From NCBI GenBank assembly GCA_030704615.1, contig CM060732.1, positions 48,980,001 to 49,044,000 of the forward strand: a DNA stretch of 64,000 nucleotides, written 5' to 3'. Below the pieces are notes generated by a model, which worked only from the letters and a program-made list of their open reading frames with translations, had not been told where the DNA came from and ran no database searches. Position 1 is the stretch's first letter. Each line of letters begins with the position of its first letter. Below, piece after piece: positions 37,768 to 49,779 of the stretch. The DNA comes from Takakia lepidozioides. Its lineage: Eukaryota; Plantae; Bryophyta. Position numbers and translations under genes: made by a program.

Positions 37768-40204
37768 CGCCAGCGTTGAGACTAGGGATCAGGGCTGATC
37801 CACTGCGTAATCTCCACTCGTTTGCAGAACTAGTGCGTTGTGGCAACAGAGTAGTGCAGGCGTAGTGCATACCATGCAGACAATTGATGCATTCAAACAA
37901 TCGCCCAAGTATGTGTGTGTGTGTGTGACCCCCCCGGGTGCCAAGTGCCAACTCTTTATAAGTTTGGATTAAATGTCGAAAGTCTGTAAATGTGAGTAAC
38001 TTAAAATTGTACTATATGAAGAAATTGTACTATGAAGTAGACCTGATAAATATGAGCACTGTGCTCGGAAAATTTGGATATCTTTCACAGTGCACCTGAT
38101 GTTCAGTCCATGAGGCAGCCAGGGTTTTTCACTCTGTGATCGGATTGCTTTCTTTTCTCTTGTAAGTACTGGTGTTACTGTTGTCCTCACATTGTCGATG
38201 TTGTTGAATGAGAGGGGAATTAGAGTGATCTTGAGTGGGTATGAGCAAAATAAACACAAGTTGGCAGCCCAGTCTAACTAAATTGGGGAGGGGAGAAACA
38301 TGGAAGTAAGTTGGAGTAGACTCAGATACACAAAATAATGTGAGGTAGCTTAAAAATGTTCCCATTGTATTAGTTAATGAGGTTAGAGGTTAGAGTGGTG
38401 ACTAGTCGGTGGTAGAGCAGCCTGAGTAAAGACAAGCTACAATTTGTTTTGTTTACTGGCAAACTATCTCCGCTTTGCATAATTGTTCAGTTTTGTTGAA
38501 ATTCTTGGTAGAGACTAGAGACAGTCACATTAAGGATGGCTACAAAGCACCATGTCACTCATCAACACTGAAAACAATTGGACATAGACAGTTGATAATA
38601 GGTATCTTCATCAGACTGCATTGGAGAGACTGCAAATAATCCACTTGATGTTGGGCAGCATGAAGGAAGTTAGTCGCTGGGGTTAAGATACAGTCAATGA
38701 AGTTAGCGATTGCACACCTCACTGTACATTCGCCACTCCAGGATGGCACAACCTTGTCGTCATCCGTTCACGATCGGAATTCATTCATCCGGAAACAGTA
38801 AAAAGAAGCGGGAAGCTCGCAGCAGTTGAACGTTTTCTTCTTCGCTGTTTCTGACAAGCGCAGCTCCGGCTGCCATCCATCCATCCATCCATCCATCCAT
38901 CCATCCATCCATCGCGCACTGGACGTTGGGGCAGGCCATGGCGTGAAGCCAATGAGAGATCTGTGCATCTATCGGTCCGGTTCTTTCTACTGCTACATGC
39001 TATGCTAATTATGCGCTGTAATGCAGCAGATCTTCCCAGCAAGGATGTGTGGACTGATGACGGGGGCTAAAATTCAGCCAATAAACTGCCTCTTTGTACC
39101 TGATACATGATGTGCTGCTTGAACCTTGCTGCTTGTTATCATATTTCGACCACCTGTGTGCCTTCTGGACATCGTCATGTTCACTTAAGAATGGTTAGTC
39201 TGGTGTTTTCTTAGTGACTTGTGGTACGGAAGGCGGTGACTATACTGAGGTGTGTGCTCATTCGTTATATCTGTATGTGTGTGTATGTGTGTGTGTGTCC
39301 ATGCTTAAGCTGTAATCAACCTATGCAGTACCAAGCTGTTCTTTTTGAGCTTATGACAGACTTGACTAGCATGTTACCAAGCAAGTTATTATGAGGAACT
39401 CTGCAGATTACCTGCTGGCAGTTCGAAACCACCAAGCACTACCTTTTTGAACCACTTATTGAAGGTAAAATAGACATATATATGCTGTTCTTACTTATAA
39501 AATGCCAAGTGTTACTTTTGTAGGGCTTTTTAGACTACACACTGTTTTCTAAAGCTCTCCCAGGCCTTTTGGGATGTAACTTGGTATGTTCTATGTGGAT
39601 TCTAATTGTACTCCCTATGGTGCTCTTGTTGTGAATTACTTCTGGTTGTCTGGTGTTGAAATACCAGCTCCAGAATTGCCAATCTGGTCTGTCTGTCTGT
39701 ATATTTGCTGGCACTATACTTTACAAATAATGTATGTGTAGAAGTAACACAGCCAGATTTATACATACCTGTTTGAGATTCAATTTTTGACATGAGCCCT
39801 TCACAGTCTGATGCCAGCATGAACTGTCACCGGCCTTTGACTTCTGCATGAATCTACTGGCTGGTTTACAGTAAGGCTGTTTTGTAATCAGACTGCCCTG
39901 TCTTGCGTCACTTGACTCAAATTTATATGTGTAAGTGGGGCATTGCAAAATACCTGCAGACCTATTTAAAACTCAGGTCTCTAAACGACATGAATCAGGG
40001 ATGATGAATGGCTTAAGAAATGCCTCTATTGAAACTTTAATGTCTCACCAGTACCCCACCCTCCCACCCTATTCGTTTCTTACTTGGATTTCTAACAAAC
40101 CTGGTCCTTTAGTGATGGTGCCCTTTCATGGGGCTGATTTGTTATTTCTAGTTTCCAGTCCAATTTTTACTGACTGAACTGTTCTTGTCCCGACAAGACA
40201 AGTC

Positions 40205-40350
40205 CAATTACCCTCTCTCTTTTTAACTTTTTCTACCCCCTCTCTCCCTTTGTGGTTTTTTTTTTTTTGTGAGCAACACAAAAGAGAGGGAAGATATCAT
40301 GTCATGTCAAGACATGGACTAGACCACTAAGGTCATTGTCATTGAAAGAC
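40205..40350. repeat. Partial copy of the MITE-like element at 63060-63290
   Basis: Shared CTCTCTCCCTT.GTGG...TTTGTGAGCA...GGAAGATA...TGTCATGTCAAGACA...GGTCATT. Confidence 0.6.
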
Positions 40351-41486
40351 AATGCAGCCCTTTACATGGCACCATCTAACAACCCCTTTTACCATCTCAT
40401 TTGAATATCTCGTTGCTTTTCAGGGTATCTGAAAAAACAGGGAGGGAGGGCGGGATTCCTGGTCATTCATATCCTGAAAGTACCATGGGTTGACATAAAA
40501 CATTCATCACTGTACTATGCAGATTGTAATCTCATTTCAATAACTAGATTGCCGGTCTGGAGATAAGTCCAGAGTCAAGCACATAGTACTTTAAATTGAA
40601 ATTGAAACAGCAAGACATATATGTCTTAAGTATATTCCAGCCCACCCATACTGGTAAATCTGGATCTGGTATTTCTATTGCATGCTAGTAGAGATGCAAA
40701 GCAAAAATAGTATAGGGAGTAGGTTAAGAGACCATATAGAGCTTACCAGTTTTTGTCCCAAAAGATCACTTGGGGTTTTTTAGAAGACAGTTTGTAGTCT
40801 AAAAAGAGCCCAACAAGGTGATGCATGGTAGTCTATAGATAATCACAATGTCTGTTTTACAAGACATAAGACATAAGCAGGATTCAAAAACAAGATTCAA
40901 AAACCAGGGCCAAGTCTTTTTAAGTAGTTACAAGTCTGGAGTGGTATTCCAGGGCCTTACAAACAGCTCTGCCAGGGTAGAAAATGATTCAAAAACCCTG
41001 TTTGCAGTTCAACTTATGAAATCAAAGTGAAATAGAGGCCTAGCAGAATGTGTGTTGTCTACTAAGGCACAACAATCCGTCATAAGAACAAGCCAAGAGG
41101 TTTAATTCTAGAGTCGAATTTCAGTGTAGCCAAGGTACTAACTACTACTTTATATCCGCATTGAGACATGGAAAAGAACCAGTAAATGAAATGGTAGATT
41201 TGTATTCTATAAAGTCTCATGTTTGCCCTACCTCCTGCCATGTAGATATGGTTGCAAGAAACCAAAATAAAGGTAAGGAGCAGAAGTAGCTCCTCATTGG
41301 AGCCAGGTTGAAGCAGGTCAGCATCCATATGCTGGCAGTTTTGAAGCAGCAAGAGGCTCAGCAGCAGGCAACAGCAGCACCCATATTTGCAAGAGTAGGA
41401 ACTGCAAGTTTCAAGAAATCAAGACAAGTGACGACCCTCACCTGTGCCCGTCCCAAAAACCACCACATAGCGATCAACGACGCAAT

Positions 41487-41680
41487 GGCGTGAGCGTTGC
41501 ACGTGAGCGCGCGAGCGTACGCTCACGCAGGAGTGACGTGGCGTGAGCGTACGCTCACGCCAGCTGACGTGGCGTGAGCCTGCACACATGCTGACGTGGC
41601 GTGAGCGTCATGTCAGCATGCTGATGTGGCGGTAAATGATGACGTGGCACTGTCCGTCAACTGCCACGTCAGCATTAACA
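41487..41680. repeat. Subterminal GCGTGAGCG and TGACGTGGC repeats of element B (counterparts at ~52705-52815)
   Basis: Directly visible at both ends. Confidence 0.85.
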
Positions 41681-42124
41681 TGCGCCGCCTATAACCGTGG
41701 ATGGTCCTATGACCGTGGAATTAATGCAGGGAATCTTGCCTAAATAGAATCAAGACGAGCGTTGAGGCCTACAATTGCAGCATCCAACATTGTGCAATTA
41801 CAAATGTTTGTTTCACTTTTACAATTACGAAGACGACAAAATATCCTCACAAAGTGTGCGCCATAAAGGCTGCCACGAGAAGACTTCCTCCCTCCTCAAA
41901 TAACAATGAGAGTTATGATCATCTTCAAAAGATGATTGTAGTGCATAGCGACAGCAAGACATGTAGACTTCGAACGGTGCAATGACAAATGTGCACTACC
42001 TAAAAGTTGTCACTCAGACCTCACTCCGTATAGTTGGAGGCCATATCATTGCACAGCCGACGAATTGATGTGAATTACACATTTCAAATCATGGTCATCC
42101 ACATACCACATTACATAGTTCATG

Positions 42125-45100
42125 CTACCCATGTGTTGTATCCCGCTGCAAAAGAGTATCGACCTCGTTGAAACTCATAGTGGCCTGGTGAATGAAGTTG
42201 TCACGTTTGGGATCGCAAACCATCCTCCTCAAAAATATGAAATACAAATGTTTGCAGGGTATGAATTTACCTCTCTTGCCCAAACTGGTTGATAGCATAT
42301 TCACAAAATCAGGACATGTGCAATTGGGGAAATTGGAAATTGTGATGTCGTAGGTCCTGTCATGAACAGCAGATGTGGAAGTGATGATTGTGAATACCCG
42401 ACCATATCCTGGATCGGGTACTTCCGTGGTGCTTCCAACACGAGCTTGGAGCATTCTTGCGGACTCCACTTTGCCAAAGTGTTCAGCGGTTGGAGGGAAA
42501 CGCCGAACGAGCTTTCCATCTCGTTTGGTTGGCCACAAGTCAGGATTTGCCGGGGGGACCCGGGAGGATGCAGGAGTAGTAGCACATGCATGGAGTTGGG
42601 GTTGTCTCGCAAGGGAAAAACCTGCCTCCTCCAGCATTTCAATCTCCTGAAAGCTGAGATGTGTTCCCACCTTCACGGGCCAAACGGTTGGAGGAGATGG
42701 CTTCATCACTACGGAAGGACGCACAGTTCCATGCACACATCTGGCACAATCATCTGCGCAGAACCAGAACTTGTGGTTCTTGGCTTCTGGTTGACCGTAT
42801 GGACGCATCAAGCCCGTGAAAGTCGGAGCAGGAGTTCGGGCACCACCTCTGGATATAGATGAAGTGCACTTCTCGAAATTAGTTGCCCTGATCGCTGTAC
42901 ATTTCACACGAGACCCGACACTTGTGCGTTCTATGTGCCAAACGTGGTCGGGGCATGCGGACTCAAGCACATCAAGGGGGTTGTTTCTCTCCTGCACCAT
43001 TTCAGTGGCACGGTTTGATGCTGGAGCTTGCCGTCGTGTTGGAGGTTCCTCCACAATGGAGGTTCCGGACACGGAGCTGTCATGCAGGGGAACACGAGGC
43101 TTCGAGAAGTTATCACGGTCTGCCCTGTGGGAATCTGAATCCGAACCAGGTGGAGTGTTCAATTTCCTCTTACAGGAGCCGAATCTCTCCTCCCCTTCAA
43201 GATGTGGAACTCTAGAAACAAGTGGCGTTCCCTGGGCATACATGCTCACCGCCCGTGCTATCTTGATTGGATCCCCAGATCTGTTTGCAGCACGCAACAT
43301 CAACTCCGATTTGTCCGGACCCTTGCCACCAACCCCACCTCGTAAGAAATCACGGTATCGGGTTTGTTGTTGCAAGGCACGTATCAAATCATCTGTTGTT
43401 GCCACATACAAATCCCGACCTCTTTTCCCAGACTGCTGCAACCATGCATTGTGCACAGTTTCTGCCAAATTGCAAGATGGCATGTCTGCCATTTCCTCAA
43501 TGGACATGTTCTGCAAAGAGGATAACCACACTTCAGAATAGTGCACAGGAAACAACATAAAGAAAGCAACAAAAATATGGAAAGCAAATGTATGAATAAA
43601 GCATGAAATAGAAGCCTCGTACCATTGTCATGGCTGCTCCCCACTGTCTATACCGGAAGTGCCAAAACGCCAGCCAATCTTCCAATGCTCTCATACTCTC
43701 AAGTGATGCAGCTCCAGAAGAGAACCACCAGGCACGAATTGTCTGGAACAAAGTGTCCGCCTCCTTCATTGTTCTAGCATCTTTGTACTCTTTGCACAAT
43801 TTACGGTGCTGAGTCTGCATCTCTGGTTTGATGTCCGACTTTGTATGTTTTTCCAGAGATTGTGTCCAATGGAATAGACATGTACGCTCTCTTCCTGGCA
43901 TAGGCACTTTTGGGTCGCCCGATCCGAAGACAATACGAATAGCATTGAAATTTGCTTGAGCACTATCCGCCATGAAACCTGCGAAATTTGGAGATGGCAG
44001 CCCATGGCAGCCCATGACACGTATCAGGGAATTCCACATGAGCTTCTGGGATTCCGTATCCTCGGATTGCATGTCACAAACTGCAATTGTCATAACTCGT
44101 TGGTACACTGGATCGTAGACATGACAAGCCATTGTCGTCCAATCCTTCACTCGTTTCACATGATCAAACATAAGAAAACAGTTCTGCAAGTCCCCAGTCT
44201 TCTGCATCCGCTTCACGAGGCTAACCCCACTGCCCTCCCCAACAGTCGACATTTTGAAAAGAAAAACTTTGATGGCACCTTGACCTGGGAATACATTGTC
44301 CTGGATGTAATCGTACTTGCTCAGTCGTTTCAATTCCAAAATATTGTCTATGTAGCCTCTGATCCCAGAGCCCATTCTCAATGCATTGATCTGATGCCGA
44401 ATGTTAGGTGAACTTAAAGTGGAGAAATGATCCATGACCAGGTCCAATGCTGCACCGTCAAGTTTAGTCCCCACAGAATCTCCTTCACTCAAAATATGGC
44501 TTTCCAAGAAGGACTTGCTTGCGCCAAGAGCAATTGCAGATGTTGTTGCGGATGGGTTTCTCCCGAACTCCTGTTTGATCAACCTCGATACTGTCTCAAC
44601 ACTCTCCCTGTAATCCCCCTTCGAGACAGGATGGTTATGGAATCCAAAATGCACACAAGCTCTCGTCATTGTATTCAAACGGTGGACAACATAGTACATT
44701 CTTGCTCCGCAGAGCGCCAAGCAGGATGGCACAAGTTTGCAGAATTTGCAGACGAAAGTGTTTGCCGGTGGAGGGGCAGTCCCAGGCTGAAATGGATTCT
44801 CTGCCAGACCCTCCCATTCGCTTTGATTATGAACTCCAGACTGAAGAAAGTGTCTGCAATTCAAATTATCACACCTAAGGTGTCCATTGCAAACTGTCCT
44901 CCTGAAAACAAGCTTGTCATCATTCTGAATATTGGATGTTTTTGTTCTGCACCACGGGTGCCCGTCGTGTTTCTTGTCCATTCCATGCATCATGATTGTT
45001 ACACCTCCAACTCGCGGAGGAGGAGGCAGCTCGAATAGGATATCGCCATCAAAAGTCTCCGGCAAGAACTTCACAGGCACCTGCTTCAAAGATTCCCAAT

Positions 45101-45635
45101 CAATTCCCCGCAACTCGCTTTTGAATCCAGCCATTCCTCCCATCGCCCGCAATTTTGGAATGACACTACAAATCTCTTCTTCATCAGCTTCTGCAACCAC
45201 AGTAGGAAGGACTGGATTTGGAATTTCACTTATGTCATCATCGGAAGAATCCGAAAGCTCAACGATTGGAGTGGAGGACGTCTGTTCTTTTTTCACCACC
45301 ACCTCCCTCTTGTCTTCAACGACCGAAGCAGCAGTCCCGGGCGTCACATATGACCCAAGGGACTTTCGCCGAGGCTCTCCAAGTACTCTGTATCGACCAG
45401 GACGCACTCTCCACTGGCTGATATGAGCCGTCTCATCACGGTTTTGGAAAGAATATTTCACCAACTTCCCTTTCAGATCGTAAACCTCTTTCTCCAAAAA
45501 GATGGAGCCATTCTGCAGCTGAAAACGGGTAGCCAAGACATGTTCCAGAACAATTGCAAATCCATTGTCAAGGACTTCCTGGGAGAACGGCACTGGTTTG
45601 TCGTCTGAGAAGAACTCCGCTTCAGAGGAAGCCAT
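42125..45635 (-). CDS. MULE DDE transposase with N-terminal GCM/WRKY-like Cys/His domain and C-terminal SWIM finger; two exons (intron 43511-43622), about 1132 aa
   Basis: FLMFDHVKRV (D), GFMADSAQAN (D), CLFHW (CxxH), CNLAETVHNAW (E) and SWIM CTCPDF...PCKHLY. A phase-0 GT-AG intron joins the two open frames with no stops. Confidence 0.9.
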
Positions 45636-46867
45636 CTTCCTTCCTCGAGTATGTTTGTACCTTGCTATCGCAGATCTAGTGTAAATCGGTTTACTGCTGT
45701 CTCCAGAACACAGTTGAAGAATGAGCAGAGCATATGGCGGAGGAAGCTCAGATAACGACTGTGCATATTCTGTTATTCATTCCAGATATGCAGCCGTCCA
45801 TTTTAATTACTTTTCTTGTGGGCCCAGTGGTCAGAAATCCATAGGGGCAGTGTCGGCAACTGTTAAACCGTTAATCAGAACCTCATCAATAAACCCAATA
45901 ACAAAGCCGACTTCCTGGAAGCATGCCACAGGATCCGAGAATGGGATTGCAGATTAAGTAAATGTATCTATATACTACTACCAATGATCATGCGCACCTG
46001 GAAAGTTCCAAATGTGCAACGAATGTGGGTTTGGATAACAAGGATGACCGTGTATGATATTCCAAAATTTGTCATCAAACTCTCGTTCATTTATATTTAT
46101 TTGTTTAAGACTGCGCATCAATTTCTGGGATTCGCTGTTCTTTTTAAATATTGAACCAGTTATAATTTAGAACACGCCGTTTTTTTTGGGCGGCACACGT
46201 CAGACATCCATAACTGAATACGAACAGCTGTACACCAATTGCTGGCATGTGCACTAATATCGAAACGACTATGTGTAACGGTCACGCGGGAGGGAATCCG
46301 ATGCTTCTAGAGACACGCAAGAACACAGGTATCCCGCAAGAAATCGGGAGTCACTGCGTTTTTCTACTTTTCGCGCTTAGAGGGAGAGTGGTAGTCAAGC
46401 TGGAGAGGGTTCCTTCTAGAATACGAAAGAGAAGAAAGTCTCTTTATTTTACTTCCCTTAGAGAGAGACGCAGAGCAAGAGAGAAAATGACGAGGCGTCG
46501 TTTGTTGGAGAACACAGGGCCAAGGCAGCAGGTGAACGCGGAGACTGATTCACAAGAGCAGACGGAGACTGAGGCAGCGGCTGCGACACAGCCGGCGATA
46601 AGAGTGCGCCAGCCTGTGGAGGCAGAGATGAATCGCAGGGACACTGAAGAAGGTGGAAGCACGCGGAACGCCGAACCTGAAGAAGGTCAAGAAACCCTTG
46701 CGCAGACAGAAACTCCAGCAGATGTGAGAGGGAAGAGGAAAGCTGCAGAAGGGGATCAAAGTTCAAAACCTAAGAAGGTGCCAGTAAGTTTTATCATATA
46801 GTCTATGTGATTGCCTTTCAAGGAGTCCTTCCTCTTCCATTCTTTAGCAGGAACTACTGAATCGCGA

Positions 46868-47186
46868 GCGTCGTTAACGCCATTCGATTCTGCTCATGAG
46901 ATTTATGTACCTATGTGTTTGAAGAGAGAGTCTGCACTTACTATTCTCCCTAAACTACACTGAATGTCGTTGCCGCCAATCAGTTGCACATATATGTCAT
47001 TACACAACACCGATCCGGCAGGTTGTTATCTTTTGTGATTGTCGTTAACGCCGTTCGCTATCGCTCTTCACTTTTGTTTTGAATACGGCAGTCTCGGCTT
47101 TTGCATGTGTAGATTGTGCTGAATTCTTTCACACCATTCATGGTGAGTTTCCTTGATACAGAGTGATTGTCGTTACCAGCCATTCA
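46868..47186. repeat. Four degenerate copies of the element B palindrome in intron 1
   Basis: GCGTCGTTAACGCCATTC (46868), TGAATGTCGTTGCCGCCAATCA (46961), TGATTGTCGTTAACGCCGTTC (47036), TGATTGTCGTTACCAGCCATTCA (47164). Confidence 0.7.
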
Positions 47187-49058
47187 CTATTTGCAAATGA
47201 CTTAGTCAGAACTGAATGGCATCGTGCAGAAAACTGTGAGGTCGAAGCCTACAGGATCAGAGGGGAAAGGATCTGGAGATGGGGACGAGTCCGCAAAAAG
47301 CTCAGAGAATACAGATGAAGCAGATGAATCCGAAGTGCACTACCTTGACAAGGTGAAAGAACTCATGTCATTCCAGAAGGTAAACTCTCAGGAGGTTATA
47401 AGGGACATGCTCGTATCTGGAGGGCGTCTGGACATACCTCTGTGCCGGATGATATCAATGCCTGTTGTGCGTCCACCTCTTTCCCATGACATAACAAAAT
47501 TGGAGAGTGATTTTGTGCATGGATATAGACTTGGTGCACAAGTTTTTTATGTGTCCCTGACGGATATATAATGGGAAAAGCACATTAGTTTCTCCAGAGA
47601 TCAGTGATAACTGGGATGAGTGCTGGAAAGATGCCAATGAGGAGTTCGAGCTGGGCCTCATGATGGGAAAGAACACCCAGCAATTTTGCAACCACATGTT
47701 TACGTCTGGGACGGCAACCACCGATTGCTGGCATGGATGGGATACATTCAGAAACACCATTCGAAAGACAAAGACAAGCATGTTGCTGTGGAGGCAATGG
47801 TTTTGGATCCAGGAAACGACATCGCTAGGCTTCTTACAGCTATGCACGACGTGAACAAGTAAGTCATCCAGGAGATTTGATTCCCTCTGTAGTGTCTTGT
47901 TGATCCTCAAAAAACAATGTTAAGGAATGCAATGTTTTCAATGTTTTTGCAGATCGACAGAGAAATCGCATGTGACAACAAGCTTGGTTCACACACTATT
48001 CCGAATTCAGAGGATTGGTCTGATGAAGCTGGATGATTTTCGGACAGTACTACCACCCAATATCATCAAGAAGTGCGAAACAGGAAGAGCTGCAGGCACT
48101 TGGTATTCTTTGACACGAGAGGCGTTTCTGGAGTACATGTATGCGGTAAGCCCGAGTCTGTAATCTGTTTACTTTTCGAATACATGTTTAGAGTCCCTTC
48201 GGAGCTAATCACTACTTGAATGAATGCAGCAAGAACTGGCAGAGGCAGCTGAGAAGGGAAAATCCGAATATTACCGCACTACACCAGAGGAACTAAGGAC
48301 ATCAAAGGGTGTGGAAGCTGCAATAAAGAAGGAGTTTGAGATGCGAAGAACCAAATTGATGTCAGCCTTCGGAAAGCAGCTTAGAATAGTAGATCCTGGA
48401 CTTGGTCCTGAGTTCCTTCAGCAGATCAAAACACACTATGACAAGCATGTGCATCCGGAGATGCAGCAGGAGAAATTGCACCGGCTGGCCATATCGATGG
48501 TCGACCCACAAACAAAAATAAGGTGGCTGGAGATATGGAACTCAGATCAAACAGTAAAGGACTTGAATCAGTTCCCAAAGAGCACCATACAGCCTGGCAC
48601 AAAGGTGGAAGGAATCAGTGATTTGGTGTTTGATAACTGGCTCCACAAGGCTACATTTTGGAGTCAGGTGTGTATTCGAACATGCTGTTTCTTATCTTCA
48701 AGTATGTGATGTGTTTCTTTTTTGCAATTCTGACAAATATTCTATTTGCAGCTCGAAAAGCGCGCCGTCATTGTGCTGGATCAGACTTTGAAGGACCTGA
48801 ACATTGCGATTGTTTCCCCTCCCCAAATGTCATTGGAGGCATACATAAGGAAGTGGAGAGGTCTCACCTGGAGATACTGTTTTTTCCGGGAGTTCTCCAA
48901 AGATGGTAACATTTTACGGTCCAACGACTTTGACAGTCAGGTTGGAGGAGAGTGGGCCATGATGCGAGTTGTGTACAGGTGAAATGTCATACTTGAAACT
49001 CTACTGTTTTTTTGGGAAAAATTGTGGCTTCATATGGATTGCAATCTTAGATCCAGAT

Positions 49059-49779
49059 TGAATGTCGTTGACGACATTCACTTCTTTGTCTGAGTCATTC
49101 TTAAGCGAGTATATGAATTCACCTGGTTAGGATCTAAGGGTGCAATTATATTGTCCCTGATTAGAATTGATAATGTCCTTGAATGGCGTTGACGACATTC
49201 ACATACGGAGTTGTTGTGGTCCTCAAGGTTATTTAAATTTTTGTAATGTCCATAGAGGATACAATGAGGGTTGATCACTTCATTTTGCTGAATGTCAATG
49301 CAGACATTCAGTTGTTCTGCATTGTTTTTTCCTCTTGCGATGAATATGGAGGCTTCATAAGCTCTGTTTTAAGAAATCCAAAGTGAATGTCGTTAACGAC
49401 ATTCACAGCTGTGTCTGTATTATTAAAAAACGACAAATTCAATATTCATGGATTGGGGAGCTAAGTAATTGGTTTCTTTTTTGTATTTTTGTGAATGGCG
49501 TTGACGCCATTCACATACAGTGATGTTGTGAGGTCCTCAGTGATAGGTTCGTTATGAATGTGCATTGAGTTTTCCTGGATGGTTCCTTACTCAATTTTTT
49601 TATTTCCATCCTGTGATTTGCTTCATTTCAGTAATAATTTGGCTTCATTCTTGAATGTCGTTGACGACATTCACTTCTATGTCTGTGTCATTTCTAATCG
49701 CTTATTTGCATTCACCTGGATTAGGATGTATTTACAGTGTCATGGAATGGAATGTTCTGAATGGCGTTGACGACATTCA
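49059..49779. repeat. Intronic array of seven 22-bp palindromes TGAATGKCGTTRACGMCATTCA with diverged spacers
   Basis: Copies start at 49059, 49180, 49289 (degenerate centre), 49384, 49492, 49652 and 49758, within intron 48979-49920. Confidence 0.93.

Noticed and set aside
49059-49779. CRISPR-like repeat/spacer appearance
   Set aside because: Spacers are 73-138 bp, uneven and related to each other (alternating duplicated units). The array is inside a spliceosomal intron and no cas genes are present.
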